Shown piece by piece: positions 47,646-57,912 of a stretch of 64,000 bases of DNA. Each line of letters begins with the position of its first letter. Within the stretch, counting starts at the first letter, position 1. Source of the stretch: Actinomycetota bacterium. GTDB taxonomy: Bacteria; Actinomycetota; Acidimicrobiia; Acidimicrobiales; Ilumatobacteraceae. The translations under genes and the position numbers were made by a program. The DNA lies in the NCBI GenBank assembly GCA_046082705.1, contig JBJTYJ010000068.1:714-64713 (forward strand). Direction: 5' to 3'. The notes under the pieces were generated by a model. The model saw nothing but the letters and a program-made list of their open reading frames with translations, was not told the DNA's origin and did not search any database.

Positions 47646-48422
47646 TTAGCGGGGGCGTTCTGGCAACGCGAAGTGTCCGGCGTTTGCCGAGATGCCGCCA
47701 TCACAGAACACCGTGTCGCCCGTGATGAACGCTGCCGCGGGAGATGCAAGGAACCAGAACACCTCGGCCAGGTCTTCGGGCTTGCCCCATCGACCGAGCG
47801 GTATTCGGTTCACCATCGCCTGCTTCAACTCGGGCAACTCGTTTAAACGAACGGTCAACCCGGTCTCCGTTGGGCCCGGGGCGACCCCGTTGACACGGAT
47901 GCCGAAGGGCCCCAGGTCGAGCGCTGCGGCACGTACGAGGTTGATGACGGCGGCCTTCGACGCGTTGTACGCCCAATTGCCGGGGTCGCCGCGCAGACCC
48001 GACGTGGAACAAGTGGGAAGAATCACGCCGTGGCCCTGTGATTTCATCACGGCGGATGCCTCATTGATGCCCATTGCGACGCCGACAACGTTGACGTCGA
48101 GAATGTGCCTGAGCGCATCGATGGCGCCAGATTCGTTCCACGGCTTCGATCCGGTGATGCCCGCATTCAATATCGACACGTCGAGGCGACCGAAAGTGTC
48201 GACCGCTGCGGCTACCGCCTCACGGTTGAGCCTCTCATCGGTGACGCTTCCCGCGACATTGACATACCGACCCGGGTCGGCCTCGGCGGCTGTCCACGCC
48301 AGGCTCTCAGGGGTGAGGTCGACGGCAACGACACCGTAGCCCCGGTCAGCGAACATTTTGGCCGTGGCCTTGCCGATGCCCGACCCGGCACCGGTCACGA
48401 GTGCGACTTCACTTGGCTTCAT
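47646..48422 (-). CDS. SDR family oxidoreductase
   Basis: ALVTGAGSGIGKA (TGxxxGIG), NAG and YNASKAA (YxxxK). Confidence 0.9.
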   Translation of the reverse strand: MKPSEVALVTGAGSGIGKATAKMFADRGYGVVAVDLTPESLAWTAAEADPGRYVNVAGSVTDERLNREAVAAAVDTFGRLDVSILNAGITGSKPWNESGAIDALRHILDVNVVGVAMGINEASAVMKSQGHGVILPTCSTSGLRGDPGNWAYNASKAAVINLVRAAALDLGPFGIRVNGVAPGPTETGLTVRLNELPELKQAMVNRIPLGRWGKPEDLAEVFWFLASPAAAFITGDTVFCDGGISANAGHFALPERPR

Positions 48423-48479
48423 CCCGTCACCCTATGCTCTCAGGCGCGGCGACGGTGCCGCACGACCACAGGGGGCATC

Positions 48480-49232
48480 ATGGATCTCGGGCTCAAGGGC
48501 AAGAAGGCAATCGTCACTGGCGGCAAGCGCGGTCTCGGACTCGCAACCGCACAGTTGTTGGCACGCGAGGGTTGTGACGTGGCGATCTGCGCACGTGGCG
48601 ACGTGGCCGAAGCGGTGTCGAGCATTTCCGCGCTCGGCGTGAAGGCCTACGGCGAAGGCATCGACGCGGGCGACGGCGCCGCTTACAAGGCGTGGCTGAC
48701 CAAGGCGACCGAGCAGTTGGGTGGCTGCGACATTTTCGTGCACAACATGTCCGGAGCTTCGGGTCGGGGCGAAGAGCAGTGGGTGAAGAACCTCAATCTC
48801 GACGTGCTCGGTCTCGTCCGCGCGTCGGAAGTACTCGCACCGGTCATGGAGGCCGGTGGCGGCGGATCGATCGTGTGTCTCAGCAGCATCGCGGCGCAGG
48901 AAGAATTCGCCGGACCCGGCAGCTTCGGACCGATGAAGGCCGCGATGGTTGCCTACGCGGCGAACCTTTCGCAGTCGCTTGCACCCAAGGGCATTCGCGT
49001 CAACATGGTGTCGCCCGGACCCGTGTTCTTCGAAGGCGGCAACTGGGACGTCATCAAGCAGAACATGGCCGACTTCTACAACTCGATCGTCAACAAGATG
49101 CCGGTCAAACGTCTGGGCGACCCGGTCGAGATCGCCAACGCGATCGCATTCCTCGCATCGCCAGCGGCAAGCCTCATCACGGGCGCGAACCTGGTGATCG
49201 ACGGCGGCTACACCAAGCGCATCAACTTCTGA
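48480..49232 (+). CDS. SDR family oxidoreductase
   Basis: AIVTGGKRGLGLA, and a catalytic region with FGPMKAA replacing the canonical YxxxK. ATG at 48480 after CAGGGGG. Confidence 0.85.
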   Translation: MDLGLKGKKAIVTGGKRGLGLATAQLLAREGCDVAICARGDVAEAVSSISALGVKAYGEGIDAGDGAAYKAWLTKATEQLGGCDIFVHNMSGASGRGEEQWVKNLNLDVLGLVRASEVLAPVMEAGGGGSIVCLSSIAAQEEFAGPGSFGPMKAAMVAYAANLSQSLAPKGIRVNMVSPGPVFFEGGNWDVIKQNMADFYNSIVNKMPVKRLGDPVEIANAIAFLASPAASLITGANLVIDGGYTKRINF

Positions 49233-49245
49233 GCGACTCCGCGCG

Positions 49246-50052
49246 GTGACCGCTCGCATCAACGCCGTCGTCGTTGTCGGCGGAAAGTGGCACGATTTCG
49301 ATTTCGCGCGTCTGGAGTTGTTGAAGCTCCTTGCCGTAGACGATCGCATCAGAACACAGGTGTCCTCCGACTACGAGAACGTGGGTCTGCTCTCCGATGC
49401 CGACGTTCTGATCACCTACACGTGCGACGTGCGGCCATCCCCCGTGGCCCAGGACGCGATCAAGGATTGGGTGTCGCGGGGTGGCCGTCTCTTTGCGTTG
49501 CACGCAACCAACTCAGCCATCGACGGCCCCGACGCGTTCGGGCCCGATTTCGAAACCCCCGATGCAATGCCGGTCTTCAGCCAGGTGCTCGGCAGTCGAT
49601 TTCTCTCACATCCCGCCATCGAGCCGTACCCCGTCACCGTGTCTCCCGGGGCGGAGTCCGACCCGTTGGTTGCGGGGGTCGGAACCTTCCACGCGAACGA
49701 CGAGTTGTATCTCTGCGAGATGACGGCCGATGTTGAGCCACTGCTCGAAACACGCTGGACCGGCACCACGCAGGGTTTCGCCACGTCACACTGGCCGACG
49801 GACGATCCTCGTTACGTCATGTACCGCCGGCCGCTCGGCGCGGGCTGCGTCTTGTATTTCACCCTCGGCCACTGTCGGAGCCACTGGGACATGAAGCACG
49901 CGCCGTTCCACGGAATGAGGTGGCCCACGATCGATCGCGGATCCTGGGAACTCGACGAGTTCCACGAGATTCTGCGACGTGGAGTGAAGTGGGCGATCAC
50001 GCCGGCCGTCGAGCGGGCAACGATTCGAACAAGAACGGAGAAGGCGAAATGA
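49246..50052 (+). CDS. ThuA domain-containing protein
   Basis: VVVVGGKWHDFDF...DVLITYTC...GGRLFALHATNS is a ThuA/class-I amidotransferase-like fold pattern. Confidence 0.7.
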   Translation: MTARINAVVVVGGKWHDFDFARLELLKLLAVDDRIRTQVSSDYENVGLLSDADVLITYTCDVRPSPVAQDAIKDWVSRGGRLFALHATNSAIDGPDAFGPDFETPDAMPVFSQVLGSRFLSHPAIEPYPVTVSPGAESDPLVAGVGTFHANDELYLCEMTADVEPLLETRWTGTTQGFATSHWPTDDPRYVMYRRPLGAGCVLYFTLGHCRSHWDMKHAPFHGMRWPTIDRGSWELDEFHEILRRGVKWAITPAVERATIRTRTEKAK

Positions 50053-51068
50053 AGGCAGCATTGATCACGGGATTCCGCACGATGGAGTTCGTCGACTTCC
50101 CCGAACCGACAGCGACGGCCGGCAAGGCCGTGGTGCAGGTCGACTCGTGCGGTATCTGCGGCACCGACCTGCATGGCTTCTTGTCGAAAGACCCCTACAA
50201 CCCGGCGATCTGTGGTCACGAGTTCTCCGGAACCGTCTCGGCCGTTGCTTCGGATGTTCGAAACGTGCGCGAGGGCGACCGAGTTGTTTGCGGTGTATCC
50301 GCGGCGTGTGGACGCTGTCCCGATTGCGTCGCGGGTCGCACGAATTACTGCACGTATGCGTTCCTGAACGCACTCGGTCGCGACCCACTCGCACCGCCCC
50401 ACGGAGCCTTCGCTCCCGCTATCGCGGTCGACTCGTTGCGGCTGATCAAAACGCAATCCTCTCTTTCGAGCGACCAGGCGTCGATCGTCGAGCCGGCCAC
50501 GGTGGCCTATCACGCGGTGATGCGCACACTGCCGATGCCGGGTGATGTCGTGGTCATCCAAGGTTGCGGACCCATCGGCCTTCTCACCCTGCAGGTTGCC
50601 CGTGCCGCGGGCGCGGGACGCGTCATCGCAGTCGAGCCGAACGAGCTCCGACGGGCCAAGGCACTCGCCGTTGGTGCCGACGAAGCGATCACACCGGACG
50701 AGGCCCGAGAGCGATTCGGTGCCAGAGGTGCGGATCTGGTGTTCGAGTGTGCGGGTGTACCGCCCACCATCCAAAGTGCGGTCGAGTTCGTGCGTCGCGG
50801 CGGTCGGGTCAACCTCGTGGGCCTCGCCTCAGGTGCCGCGACGATTTCTCCACAGTCGTGGCTGATCAAGGAAGTCACGTTCGTTGCCTCCCTTGCGTAC
50901 AACCACCATGATTTCGTCGCGACGATGAACTTGATGGCCGACGGACGGATCGAGGTCGAGCCGTTGCACGACAAGACCGTGGGCTTGAGTCAACTCCCCG
51001 AGACGATTGCCGAACTTGCCGACAATCCGTCGAGTGCAATCAAGGTCCTTGTGGATCCGGCGCGCTGA
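50049..51068 (+). CDS. Zinc-dependent alcohol dehydrogenase (MDR family)
   Basis: CGICGTDLH, GHEFSG and VIQGCGPIGL. The ATG overlaps the thuA-like stop (ATGA). Confidence 0.9.
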   Translation: MKAALITGFRTMEFVDFPEPTATAGKAVVQVDSCGICGTDLHGFLSKDPYNPAICGHEFSGTVSAVASDVRNVREGDRVVCGVSAACGRCPDCVAGRTNYCTYAFLNALGRDPLAPPHGAFAPAIAVDSLRLIKTQSSLSSDQASIVEPATVAYHAVMRTLPMPGDVVVIQGCGPIGLLTLQVARAAGAGRVIAVEPNELRRAKALAVGADEAITPDEARERFGARGADLVFECAGVPPTIQSAVEFVRRGGRVNLVGLASGAATISPQSWLIKEVTFVASLAYNHHDFVATMNLMADGRIEVEPLHDKTVGLSQLPETIAELADNPSSAIKVLVDPAR

Positions 51069-51822
51069 GGCCGCACTTCGGGAAAATCTGCCGGAACGCT
51101 GCATTCCATTTTTCCTTCCAGTCCGGTGAGTTGGCGTCGTCGGCAATCGCAACAAGATCGGCCTCGCGACCAAGACACTCGGCCTGCTCGACGGACACCG
51201 CAATCCCCGTCGCTTCGGCGATCGCGGTGCCCATCGCGACGTGTGCAGTCAAAAGATCCTCGTCGGTCGGGATCGGGTCGTCGGTGGAGGGAAGAGAAGT
51301 CGAGGTCGGTGGCGTCTCCACGATGGAGTCGGGCGGAATGCTGCCGCCGATCGTTGCCTCGTCGCAGGCTTCGATGACGTACCCGCTCAGGCGGGCGAGG
51401 TGTCGCCGGGTGTTGACGGAGCCGATCGTGTCGAGAGCTTCATCGAGTTTCTCGTCGCTGATGAATTTTGCGGCATCCCAGTCGAGCAATTCCAACGCGC
51501 CATAGAGATTGCGCAGCCGCGACGACACCGTTGAGAGATCCCCGACGATGCTTTCGGGTGCCACGTCAAGCGCAGCAGTGAGATTGGAAAGGTCCTGGTC
51601 GATCTGACTCCGCAGGACCGCGGCGTTCATTGTCTTCGCATCCTCGGCAAGAGCGCCAATGCGCAGAACCGCGGTTTCGATTGCGACACTACGGTCGCAG
51701 ATCGCCGCACGTTGGGTGTCGCCGGCGCTGCACGCTGCAACCACGACCGATAGCAACACCGCAGTGAAAGACCCAACCCCTCGACGCGACACGCAGCCGA
51801 AACTATCGGCTGAAGCCACCAA
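51040..51822 (-). CDS. Putative lipoprotein of unknown function
   Basis: Basic n-region plus TAVLLSVVVAAC (lipobox-like VAAC). Start is TTG 51822 or GTG 51792. Lies directly downstream of the ABC exporter pair. Confidence 0.6.
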   Translation of the reverse strand: MVASADSFGCVSRRGVGSFTAVLLSVVVAACSAGDTQRAAICDRSVAIETAVLRIGALAEDAKTMNAAVLRSQIDQDLSNLTAALDVAPESIVGDLSTVSSRLRNLYGALELLDWDAAKFISDEKLDEALDTIGSVNTRRHLARLSGYVIEACDEATIGGSIPPDSIVETPPTSTSLPSTDDPIPTDEDLLTAHVAMGTAIAEATGIAVSVEQAECLGREADLVAIADDANSPDWKEKWNAAFRQIFPKCGLSAPDPQGP

Positions 51823-51825
51823 AAT

Positions 51826-53634
51826 TCAGCCGCTCGTAGCGGCGACCCACGTCTCGTAAAGCGAGGCGTATCGGCCTCCGTGGATAACCAACTGATCGTG
51901 GCTTCCGTCCTCGACGATCATGCCGTTCTCCATGACCAATATCCGGTCGGAGCGCATCGCGGTGCTCAGCCTGTGTGCGATTGCGATCGTGGTGCGTCCC
52001 GTTGCCAACGCATCAAAGGCCCTTGAGATTCTCACCTCGATGAGTGGATCGACGGCCGACGTGGCTTCGTCGAGCACGAGAATGCGCGGTTCGGCGATTG
52101 CAGACCTGAGGAGGGCCACCAGTTGTCGTTCGCCCGCCGACAGATCGTTGCCTCGTTCTCCGACGGGCGTCGACAACCCGTCAGGAAGGGATTCCAACCA
52201 CTCGTCGAGACCGAGATCACCTGCGATGGTGCGACATGTGGCTTCGTCGAGCCTCGGGTCGACGAATCGCAAATTCGAGAGAATCGTTCCGTCGAAGAGA
52301 AACGGCTCTTGTGGCACGAAGGTCAGGACGGATCTGAGGTCGTTGCGTGCAACATCGGTGAGCGACACACCCCCCATCGAGACGACTCCCGAGGACGGAT
52401 CCATGAGACGGGACACGAGTCGACCGAGTGTCGTCTTTCCCGAACCGGTCGAACCGATGACGGCAACGTGTTGGCCGAACGGTATGTCAACCGTCACCTC
52501 TCGCAGTGCGAACGGATCGGTCGAGTCATCCGCGGCGTCGCTCGATGTTCGTGATTGATACGCGAACCAAACGCGGTTGAATCGAATGTCGAGACGCGAC
52601 CGCGGCAAGGGCCGCGGTGTCAGAGGTTCCGGCGGGCCGATCGGTGTCTCGAGAATCTCGAGGATCCGCGAGAGCCCCGCGACGGCCGCCTGTGTGTTGT
52701 CGATGATTTCGGTGAACTCTGCGATGGGCTCGAGGAACCTGTACGTCAGGAAGATGAATCCAACAACCGCGCCGAGGGTGAGGCCGGCTTCCGGGCCGCG
52801 CAGGATGGCGGTGACGGACACCGCAACGATCGTGAGAACCGAGAACAACTCGCCGATCGGAAAAAGCAGGGCACCAAGAACGCCTGCCCGAATTTGTGCG
52901 CGATAGCGAGCCCTCATGGTCCCGACAAGTCGCTCTGCGTAGGCCTCGCGTTGGTCGAAGGCAACAAGAACGTCGGCTCCGTTCACGAATTCCGCAGCCT
53001 CGGCGAAATATGTCCCGTTCATCTCGCGGGCCTTTTCGTATGAGCGGACGAGTCGCAACTGTACGCGCCGGAATCCGTACATCAACGGAGCTGCAACCAC
53101 GAAAGCGACGATGGCAAGCAACCAGTCGTACGACAACATGATCGTTGCGATCACGAACATCAGTGTTCCGTCAAGAAGCCACGCCAAAGCGCCCCAGGAA
53201 AAGAACTGACCGAGCGTCTCGATGTCGCTGGTCACCCGGGCCACGAGGGCACCTTTTTTCTCTTCGTTGTGGTAGGCGATGCTGAGGCCGTGAATGTGCT
53301 CGAACAACTTCACCCTCAGTCCGTAAAGCGCCTCTTCGCTGCGCATTCCGAGGCGCTTGATTGCAGAACGAAGACACCATGCCGACATTGCCACTACGAA
53401 TGCGCAAACGACGCACAGGGCGATGACAAGGGCATAGTCGACTTGGTTGCCTTCAGGGCCGACGACAAAACCTCTGTCGATCACCTGTTGCACCAGTACG
53501 GGAACCGCAACGCGCGTTCCCGTGCCGAGCAGCGCCAGTACGACGGTGAGGCCGAGTCCCTTGCGCAATGCCGGACTGAGGGCAAGGCCCCGGGTGATGA
53601 CGTTGACGGACCCCGCCGACTTCTCAACGCTCAT
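51826..53634 (-). CDS. ABC exporter, fused permease/ATPase subunit
   Basis: Six-TM domain, Walker A GSTGSGKTT, signature LSAGERQ, Walker B ILVLDEATS. Confidence 0.9.
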   Translation of the reverse strand: MSVEKSAGSVNVITRGLALSPALRKGLGLTVVLALLGTGTRVAVPVLVQQVIDRGFVVGPEGNQVDYALVIALCVVCAFVVAMSAWCLRSAIKRLGMRSEEALYGLRVKLFEHIHGLSIAYHNEEKKGALVARVTSDIETLGQFFSWGALAWLLDGTLMFVIATIMLSYDWLLAIVAFVVAAPLMYGFRRVQLRLVRSYEKAREMNGTYFAEAAEFVNGADVLVAFDQREAYAERLVGTMRARYRAQIRAGVLGALLFPIGELFSVLTIVAVSVTAILRGPEAGLTLGAVVGFIFLTYRFLEPIAEFTEIIDNTQAAVAGLSRILEILETPIGPPEPLTPRPLPRSRLDIRFNRVWFAYQSRTSSDAADDSTDPFALREVTVDIPFGQHVAVIGSTGSGKTTLGRLVSRLMDPSSGVVSMGGVSLTDVARNDLRSVLTFVPQEPFLFDGTILSNLRFVDPRLDEATCRTIAGDLGLDEWLESLPDGLSTPVGERGNDLSAGERQLVALLRSAIAEPRILVLDEATSAVDPLIEVRISRAFDALATGRTTIAIAHRLSTAMRSDRILVMENGMIVEDGSHDQLVIHGGRYASLYETWVAATSG

Positions 53635-55324
53635 GTCGGTCACTTTCGTACGATTCCATGAGCGCCGCATATCGCGGGCAACGCTCTAGCAGTTCCTCGT
53701 GGGTACCACTGTCGAAGATTCTCCCATCGACAAGGAAGACGACGTTGCCGATCAGCGACACGGTCGAAGGTCGCGAGGCAACGACGACGAGGGTTTTGCC
53801 GCCGATGTCATCGACGAGGTTGTGCATCACCGTTGTCTCGGTTTCCGGGTCGAGAGCTGACGTCGTGTCGTCGAGTACCAGGACATCCCGTTCGGCCAAA
53901 AGCGCCCTGGCAAGCGCGAGACGCTGGCGCTGTCCGCCACTGAGACTCACCCCGCGTTCGCCGATGGTCGTGTCGAGGCCATCCGCGAGATCTCTAACGA
54001 ATCCGTCCGCGTCGGCGATCCGGAGCGCCTCGAAAATCTCTTCATCAGAGCCTTCCTGTCCAAACAGCAAGTTCTCGCGCAGGGTTGCTGCGAAGAGGAA
54101 CGTCTCCTGAAAGACCGGTGCCACACCTCGCTGACCAATCCGCACGGAGCCTCGGAAGGCGAGGATGCCCGCGAGCACTCCGACGAGGGTCGACTTTCCC
54201 GATCCGGTTTCACCGACGACGGCGAGTGATTCTCCCGGCGCTACCAGCAGGTACTCGACCACAAGGGTCGGATCCGACTGTCCTTGATGCACCACCGTCA
54301 AATCTCGTATCTCGACACCGATACCGTCTGCTCGTTCCGGAACGCGCACGGTGTGCATCGCTTCACCAAGCAGGCCATCGACGTGTGCGAGTCCCGCGCG
54401 CGAGTGCGGCAATTCACTGAGCGCATAGCCGATGATCCGAAGTGGAAACGACAGCAACGTGAAGAGATAGATGAAGCCGCCGACTTCGCCCACGGTCATG
54501 TTTCCCTCGCCGACGCGCCAGGAACCCACGAGCAAGAGGACAACGATCGCCGTCGAAGGTATGAGATCCAACAGCGACTCGAAGCGCGAGCGGTAACGAA
54601 CCGTCTCCATGCGGGCATCGCGAAGCCTTTCAGCGACCGTCGACAATCGTCGGGCTTCCCTCTCCTCGGCACCGAAAGCCTTCACCACCGTCACTGCCTC
54701 GAAACTCTCATGAACGGCGGACGAGAGATCCCCCAGATGGTCCTGCGCTTGGGCAAAGAGTGCATCGACCCTGCGCTGGTAGCGAAGGTTCACCCACGCC
54801 AGCAGTGGGATCACGATCAATCCGACCCCGCCGAGCACAGGGTCCGAGAGCAACATCGCGACGCCCGCAAAAGCGAGAAGTACGACAACAGAGGAGGCAA
54901 AGGGCAATGGCGCGAGCATGGCCACGGCCGCCTCGGCGTCGACGGTCATACGCGAGATGACGTCACCGGTGGTGCGGGTCCGCAACCACCACACGGGTTG
55001 CCTGCAGATACGGTCGATGACCGATGTCGCAATCGTGCCAGCCGCACGCCATTCGGTGATTCCTGCGTAACTCCGTCTGGTCACCACGCCGGCAGCCCTC
55101 ACGATACCGATCATGGTGATGAGAAGCATCGCGGTGATCACCGATCGCGTGCCGACGCTTCCTGCTTCGAATCGAGGCGCTATCGCCTGATCGATGACGC
55201 GCCGTACAGCGTAGGCCGACAGGACGGTGCAAATGGCGTACGTTGAGGCGCCACCGACCGCCACGCCGAAACTGCGTCGATGTCCCCTCGTGATGCGCGA
55301 CACGAGCGAAAGGAATTCCGACAC
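53624..55324 (-). CDS. ABC exporter, fused permease/ATPase subunit
   Basis: Six-TM domain, Walker A GETGSGKST, signature LSGGQRQ, Walker B VLVLDDTTS. Partner of the downstream subunit, so probably a heterodimer. Confidence 0.9.
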   Translation of the reverse strand: MSEFLSLVSRITRGHRRSFGVAVGGASTYAICTVLSAYAVRRVIDQAIAPRFEAGSVGTRSVITAMLLITMIGIVRAAGVVTRRSYAGITEWRAAGTIATSVIDRICRQPVWWLRTRTTGDVISRMTVDAEAAVAMLAPLPFASSVVVLLAFAGVAMLLSDPVLGGVGLIVIPLLAWVNLRYQRRVDALFAQAQDHLGDLSSAVHESFEAVTVVKAFGAEEREARRLSTVAERLRDARMETVRYRSRFESLLDLIPSTAIVVLLLVGSWRVGEGNMTVGEVGGFIYLFTLLSFPLRIIGYALSELPHSRAGLAHVDGLLGEAMHTVRVPERADGIGVEIRDLTVVHQGQSDPTLVVEYLLVAPGESLAVVGETGSGKSTLVGVLAGILAFRGSVRIGQRGVAPVFQETFLFAATLRENLLFGQEGSDEEIFEALRIADADGFVRDLADGLDTTIGERGVSLSGGQRQRLALARALLAERDVLVLDDTTSALDPETETTVMHNLVDDIGGKTLVVVASRPSTVSLIGNVVFLVDGRIFDSGTHEELLERCPRYAALMESYESDRHER

Positions 55325-55365
55325 ACGATTGTTCTAGCAGTTGCCGTGCGTCTAGCGTCTTGGCC

Positions 55366-55875
55366 ATGACACGCCTTGACATCGCCAGCCTGTTGTTGCG
55401 TTTGGCGCTCGGTCTCTGCACATTCCTGCACGGTGCGAACAAGTGGAAGTCGTCGGAGTCCCGTCGAGGAACGGCCGGATGGTTCGCATCGATAGGCATG
55501 CGCCACTCGAAAATCCAGGCAGCGATGGCTGCATTCACGGAAATGGTTGGCGGTCTCCTTCTTGTTGCGGGACTAATCGTCCCCACCGCAGCTGCCGCGA
55601 TTCTCGCGACGATGGTCGTCGCGATCGTCGTTGCCCACCGACGCAGTGGCTTTTTCATCTTCAACGAAGGCCAGGGCTGGGAATACTGCGCGATGCTCGG
55701 AGTCGTCGCTCTCGCGATCTCCGGCCTGGGAGGCGGCCGTGTGAGTCTCGACAACGCACTCGGGATCGACTATCGCGGTACTTGGGGGTTTGTGACCGGT
55801 CTCGTGCTCGGCTTGGGCGGCGCCGCCGTGCATCTTCTGGTTTCGTACCGACCGGGGCGATCGGCTTCGCAATGA
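55366..55875 (+). CDS. DoxX family membrane protein
   Basis: LDIASLLLRLALGLCTFLHGANKW and AFTEMVGGLLLVAGL are typical DoxX features. Confidence 0.8.
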   Translation: MTRLDIASLLLRLALGLCTFLHGANKWKSSESRRGTAGWFASIGMRHSKIQAAMAAFTEMVGGLLLVAGLIVPTAAAAILATMVVAIVVAHRRSGFFIFNEGQGWEYCAMLGVVALAISGLGGGRVSLDNALGIDYRGTWGFVTGLVLGLGGAAVHLLVSYRPGRSASQ

Positions 55876-56393
55876 CCGCGGTCCAGCGTCTCGTCACTCC
55901 ATTTCTCATCGTCGTTTGTGTCGGCATCGCCGCAATGTGGGTCTATGCCTTCGGCTTTGCCAGCAAGGAGTCGGTCAACCGCATCGGCGACCCACAGTGG
56001 CAGCAGTATGCGGAGTCACGATGTGCATCTGCAAAGGAAGAACGAATTGCCCTCGCCGACATGCGCAAAGTCAACGAAGTCGGGCCCGAGGCGCTGCGCG
56101 AGCGTGCACTCATCGTCGACAAGGCCACCGACACCCTGCAACGCGCGATCGATGACATTTCCGCACAACCGATCGCCGACGCCAAGGGTCGGGCGATCGT
56201 CCCGCTGTGGTTGGCCGATTACAGGACGTACATCGCCGATCGACGTTCCTATGCGGACGATCTGCGTGCTGGTATCAACGAGCCCTTCGCCGAAACCAAG
56301 GTCGAGGGCATTCCGATCTCGGAAAAGATCTCGACCTTCGCTGCAGACAACCTGATGAAGTCGTGTGGCGCACCGATCGACCTCTCAGTCTGA
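55872..56393 (+). CDS. Membrane-anchored hypothetical protein (173 aa)
   Basis: Its ATG overlaps the doxX stop (ATGA). One N-terminal TM helix (FLIVVCVGIAAMWVYAFGF) followed by a soluble helical domain. Confidence 0.6.
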   Translation: MTAVQRLVTPFLIVVCVGIAAMWVYAFGFASKESVNRIGDPQWQQYAESRCASAKEERIALADMRKVNEVGPEALRERALIVDKATDTLQRAIDDISAQPIADAKGRAIVPLWLADYRTYIADRRSYADDLRAGINEPFAETKVEGIPISEKISTFAADNLMKSCGAPIDLSV

Positions 56394-57050
56394 GACGCGC
56401 TGCCAACCCCGGTCGGCCGACCACGACCTGATGACGCGAGCGGGGGCGCCGACCGCGACGCAGTGATCGGGTAGTTCCCCGACCACGACGGAATTCGCAC
56501 CAACCGCCACGTGGCGTCCGATACGCGTTCCGGGCAAGACCACAGTTCCGTGACCGAGCCAACTCCCGTCCCCGATCGACACCGGAGATTCCGGTTGTGA
56601 CTGCCGTGATATCGGTACGTCGGGGTCTTCGTAGCCATGATTCTGATCCGTGATGTAGACGTGGTGACCGGTCCACACGTCGTTGCCGATCTCGATCGCG
56701 AGATGGCCCACGATTCCACTTCCGCGACCGATCAGACAACGGTCCCCAATCTTCACCACGGGCGATGTCAGGCATTCCTGGCCGGGAACCATGCCGGCGG
56801 ACAACGCAACGTTTGGCCCAATCATCGTGTCGCGTCCGATCGAGATGTAGCGCTCATTGAAGATCGTCGTGAACGGATGACAGATGATGCTGCCGTCACC
56901 GAACGAGGCAAACCGCCGACCACGTGCCGTATCCGGGCCGATGGCCCCGTGCAGGTGGATCCAGCGCGTTCCTGCTTCGATGGCCCGAAAGGCCTGAGTA
57001 TTGAACCAGCGACGCGCTTCGCGTCCAGCTGAGGTCGACCACGCACCCAC
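56385..57050 (-). CDS. Hexapeptide-repeat (LbH) acyl/acetyltransferase
   Basis: Repeated [LIV]-G-x4 units (IGDRCLIGRGSGIVGHLAIEIGNDVW; IGDGSWLGHGTVVLPGTRIGRHVAVGANSVV). Confidence 0.85.
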   Translation of the reverse strand: MGAWSTSAGREARRWFNTQAFRAIEAGTRWIHLHGAIGPDTARGRRFASFGDGSIICHPFTTIFNERYISIGRDTMIGPNVALSAGMVPGQECLTSPVVKIGDRCLIGRGSGIVGHLAIEIGNDVWTGHHVYITDQNHGYEDPDVPISRQSQPESPVSIGDGSWLGHGTVVLPGTRIGRHVAVGANSVVVGELPDHCVAVGAPARVIRSWSADRGWQRVSD

Positions 57051-57102
57051 GGGTCGAATCTAACGCTCGCGGCAAAGATGCCACGTTGGATACTCTGCGC
57101 GC

Positions 57103-57912
57103 GTGGGAAACGCCGGGAATCGACCTTCAGTCGCATGGCTCGTCGGAGGTCACCCCTTCGATGCCCCCTCGCTTCAGCGTTTGCTCGATTCACTCGATGC
57201 GGAAGTCACCCTCATCGGGTGGCCTACGGCGGGAGACCTGTTCACACCGGCCGGGGTCGTTCGCGTTCTCGAGAACTACGACGTTCTCGCCCTGTACGAC
57301 ATGCCAGGGATCAAATTCCGAAGGGGTGAGAGTCCCGAGTTCGTGGCCCCTTCCGACGACGTCGTCGCCGCTTGGACCTCTCTCACCGAGAAAGGGATGC
57401 CCGTGTTGGCCCTCCATCACTCGATCGCTTCGTGGCCGATGTGGGCGGGTTTTGCAGAGATTCTGAAGGGCCGTTTTCACTACGCGCCAGCCGTTTTGCG
57501 CGGAATCGACTACCCGGATTCGGGCTACGCGATGAACGTGACGCAGCGCTTCGAGATCGCCTTTGCTGACCACCCCGTTTGCAAAGGTCTCCCCTCCTCG
57601 TTCGAACTCACCGACGAGACCTACCAATGCCCCGTCTTTGACGACGAGGTCGAAGTCCTCATCCGCACGGACGCTCCGCGGGACGATGCGCACCACGCAT
57701 CGGCGTTCGCCGCGGTTCGACGCGAATCGAATCCTGGTTGGCGGCATTCACCGGCCTCGCCCGCCGTGGCGTGGACACACACGTACGGTGCATCTCGGAT
57801 CGTCTACCTGCAACCCGGAGAAGGTCCCGAATCGTTCGACAACGACTCGTACCGCATGCTCATCAACAACGCCGTCCAATGGCTGGCAGACCAGAAACGA
57901 GGTCGAAAGTGA
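57103..57912 (+). CDS. ThuA domain-containing protein (second copy in window)
   Basis: YDVLALYDMPG...GMPVLALHHSIASW...DETYQ...VAWTHTYGASRIVYLQPGE is a ThuA-like pattern. Confidence 0.65.
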   Translation: MGNAGNRPSVAWLVGGHPFDAPSLQRLLDSLDAEVTLIGWPTAGDLFTPAGVVRVLENYDVLALYDMPGIKFRRGESPEFVAPSDDVVAAWTSLTEKGMPVLALHHSIASWPMWAGFAEILKGRFHYAPAVLRGIDYPDSGYAMNVTQRFEIAFADHPVCKGLPSSFELTDETYQCPVFDDEVEVLIRTDAPRDDAHHASAFAAVRRESNPGWRHSPASPAVAWTHTYGASRIVYLQPGEGPESFDNDSYRMLINNAVQWLADQKRGRK

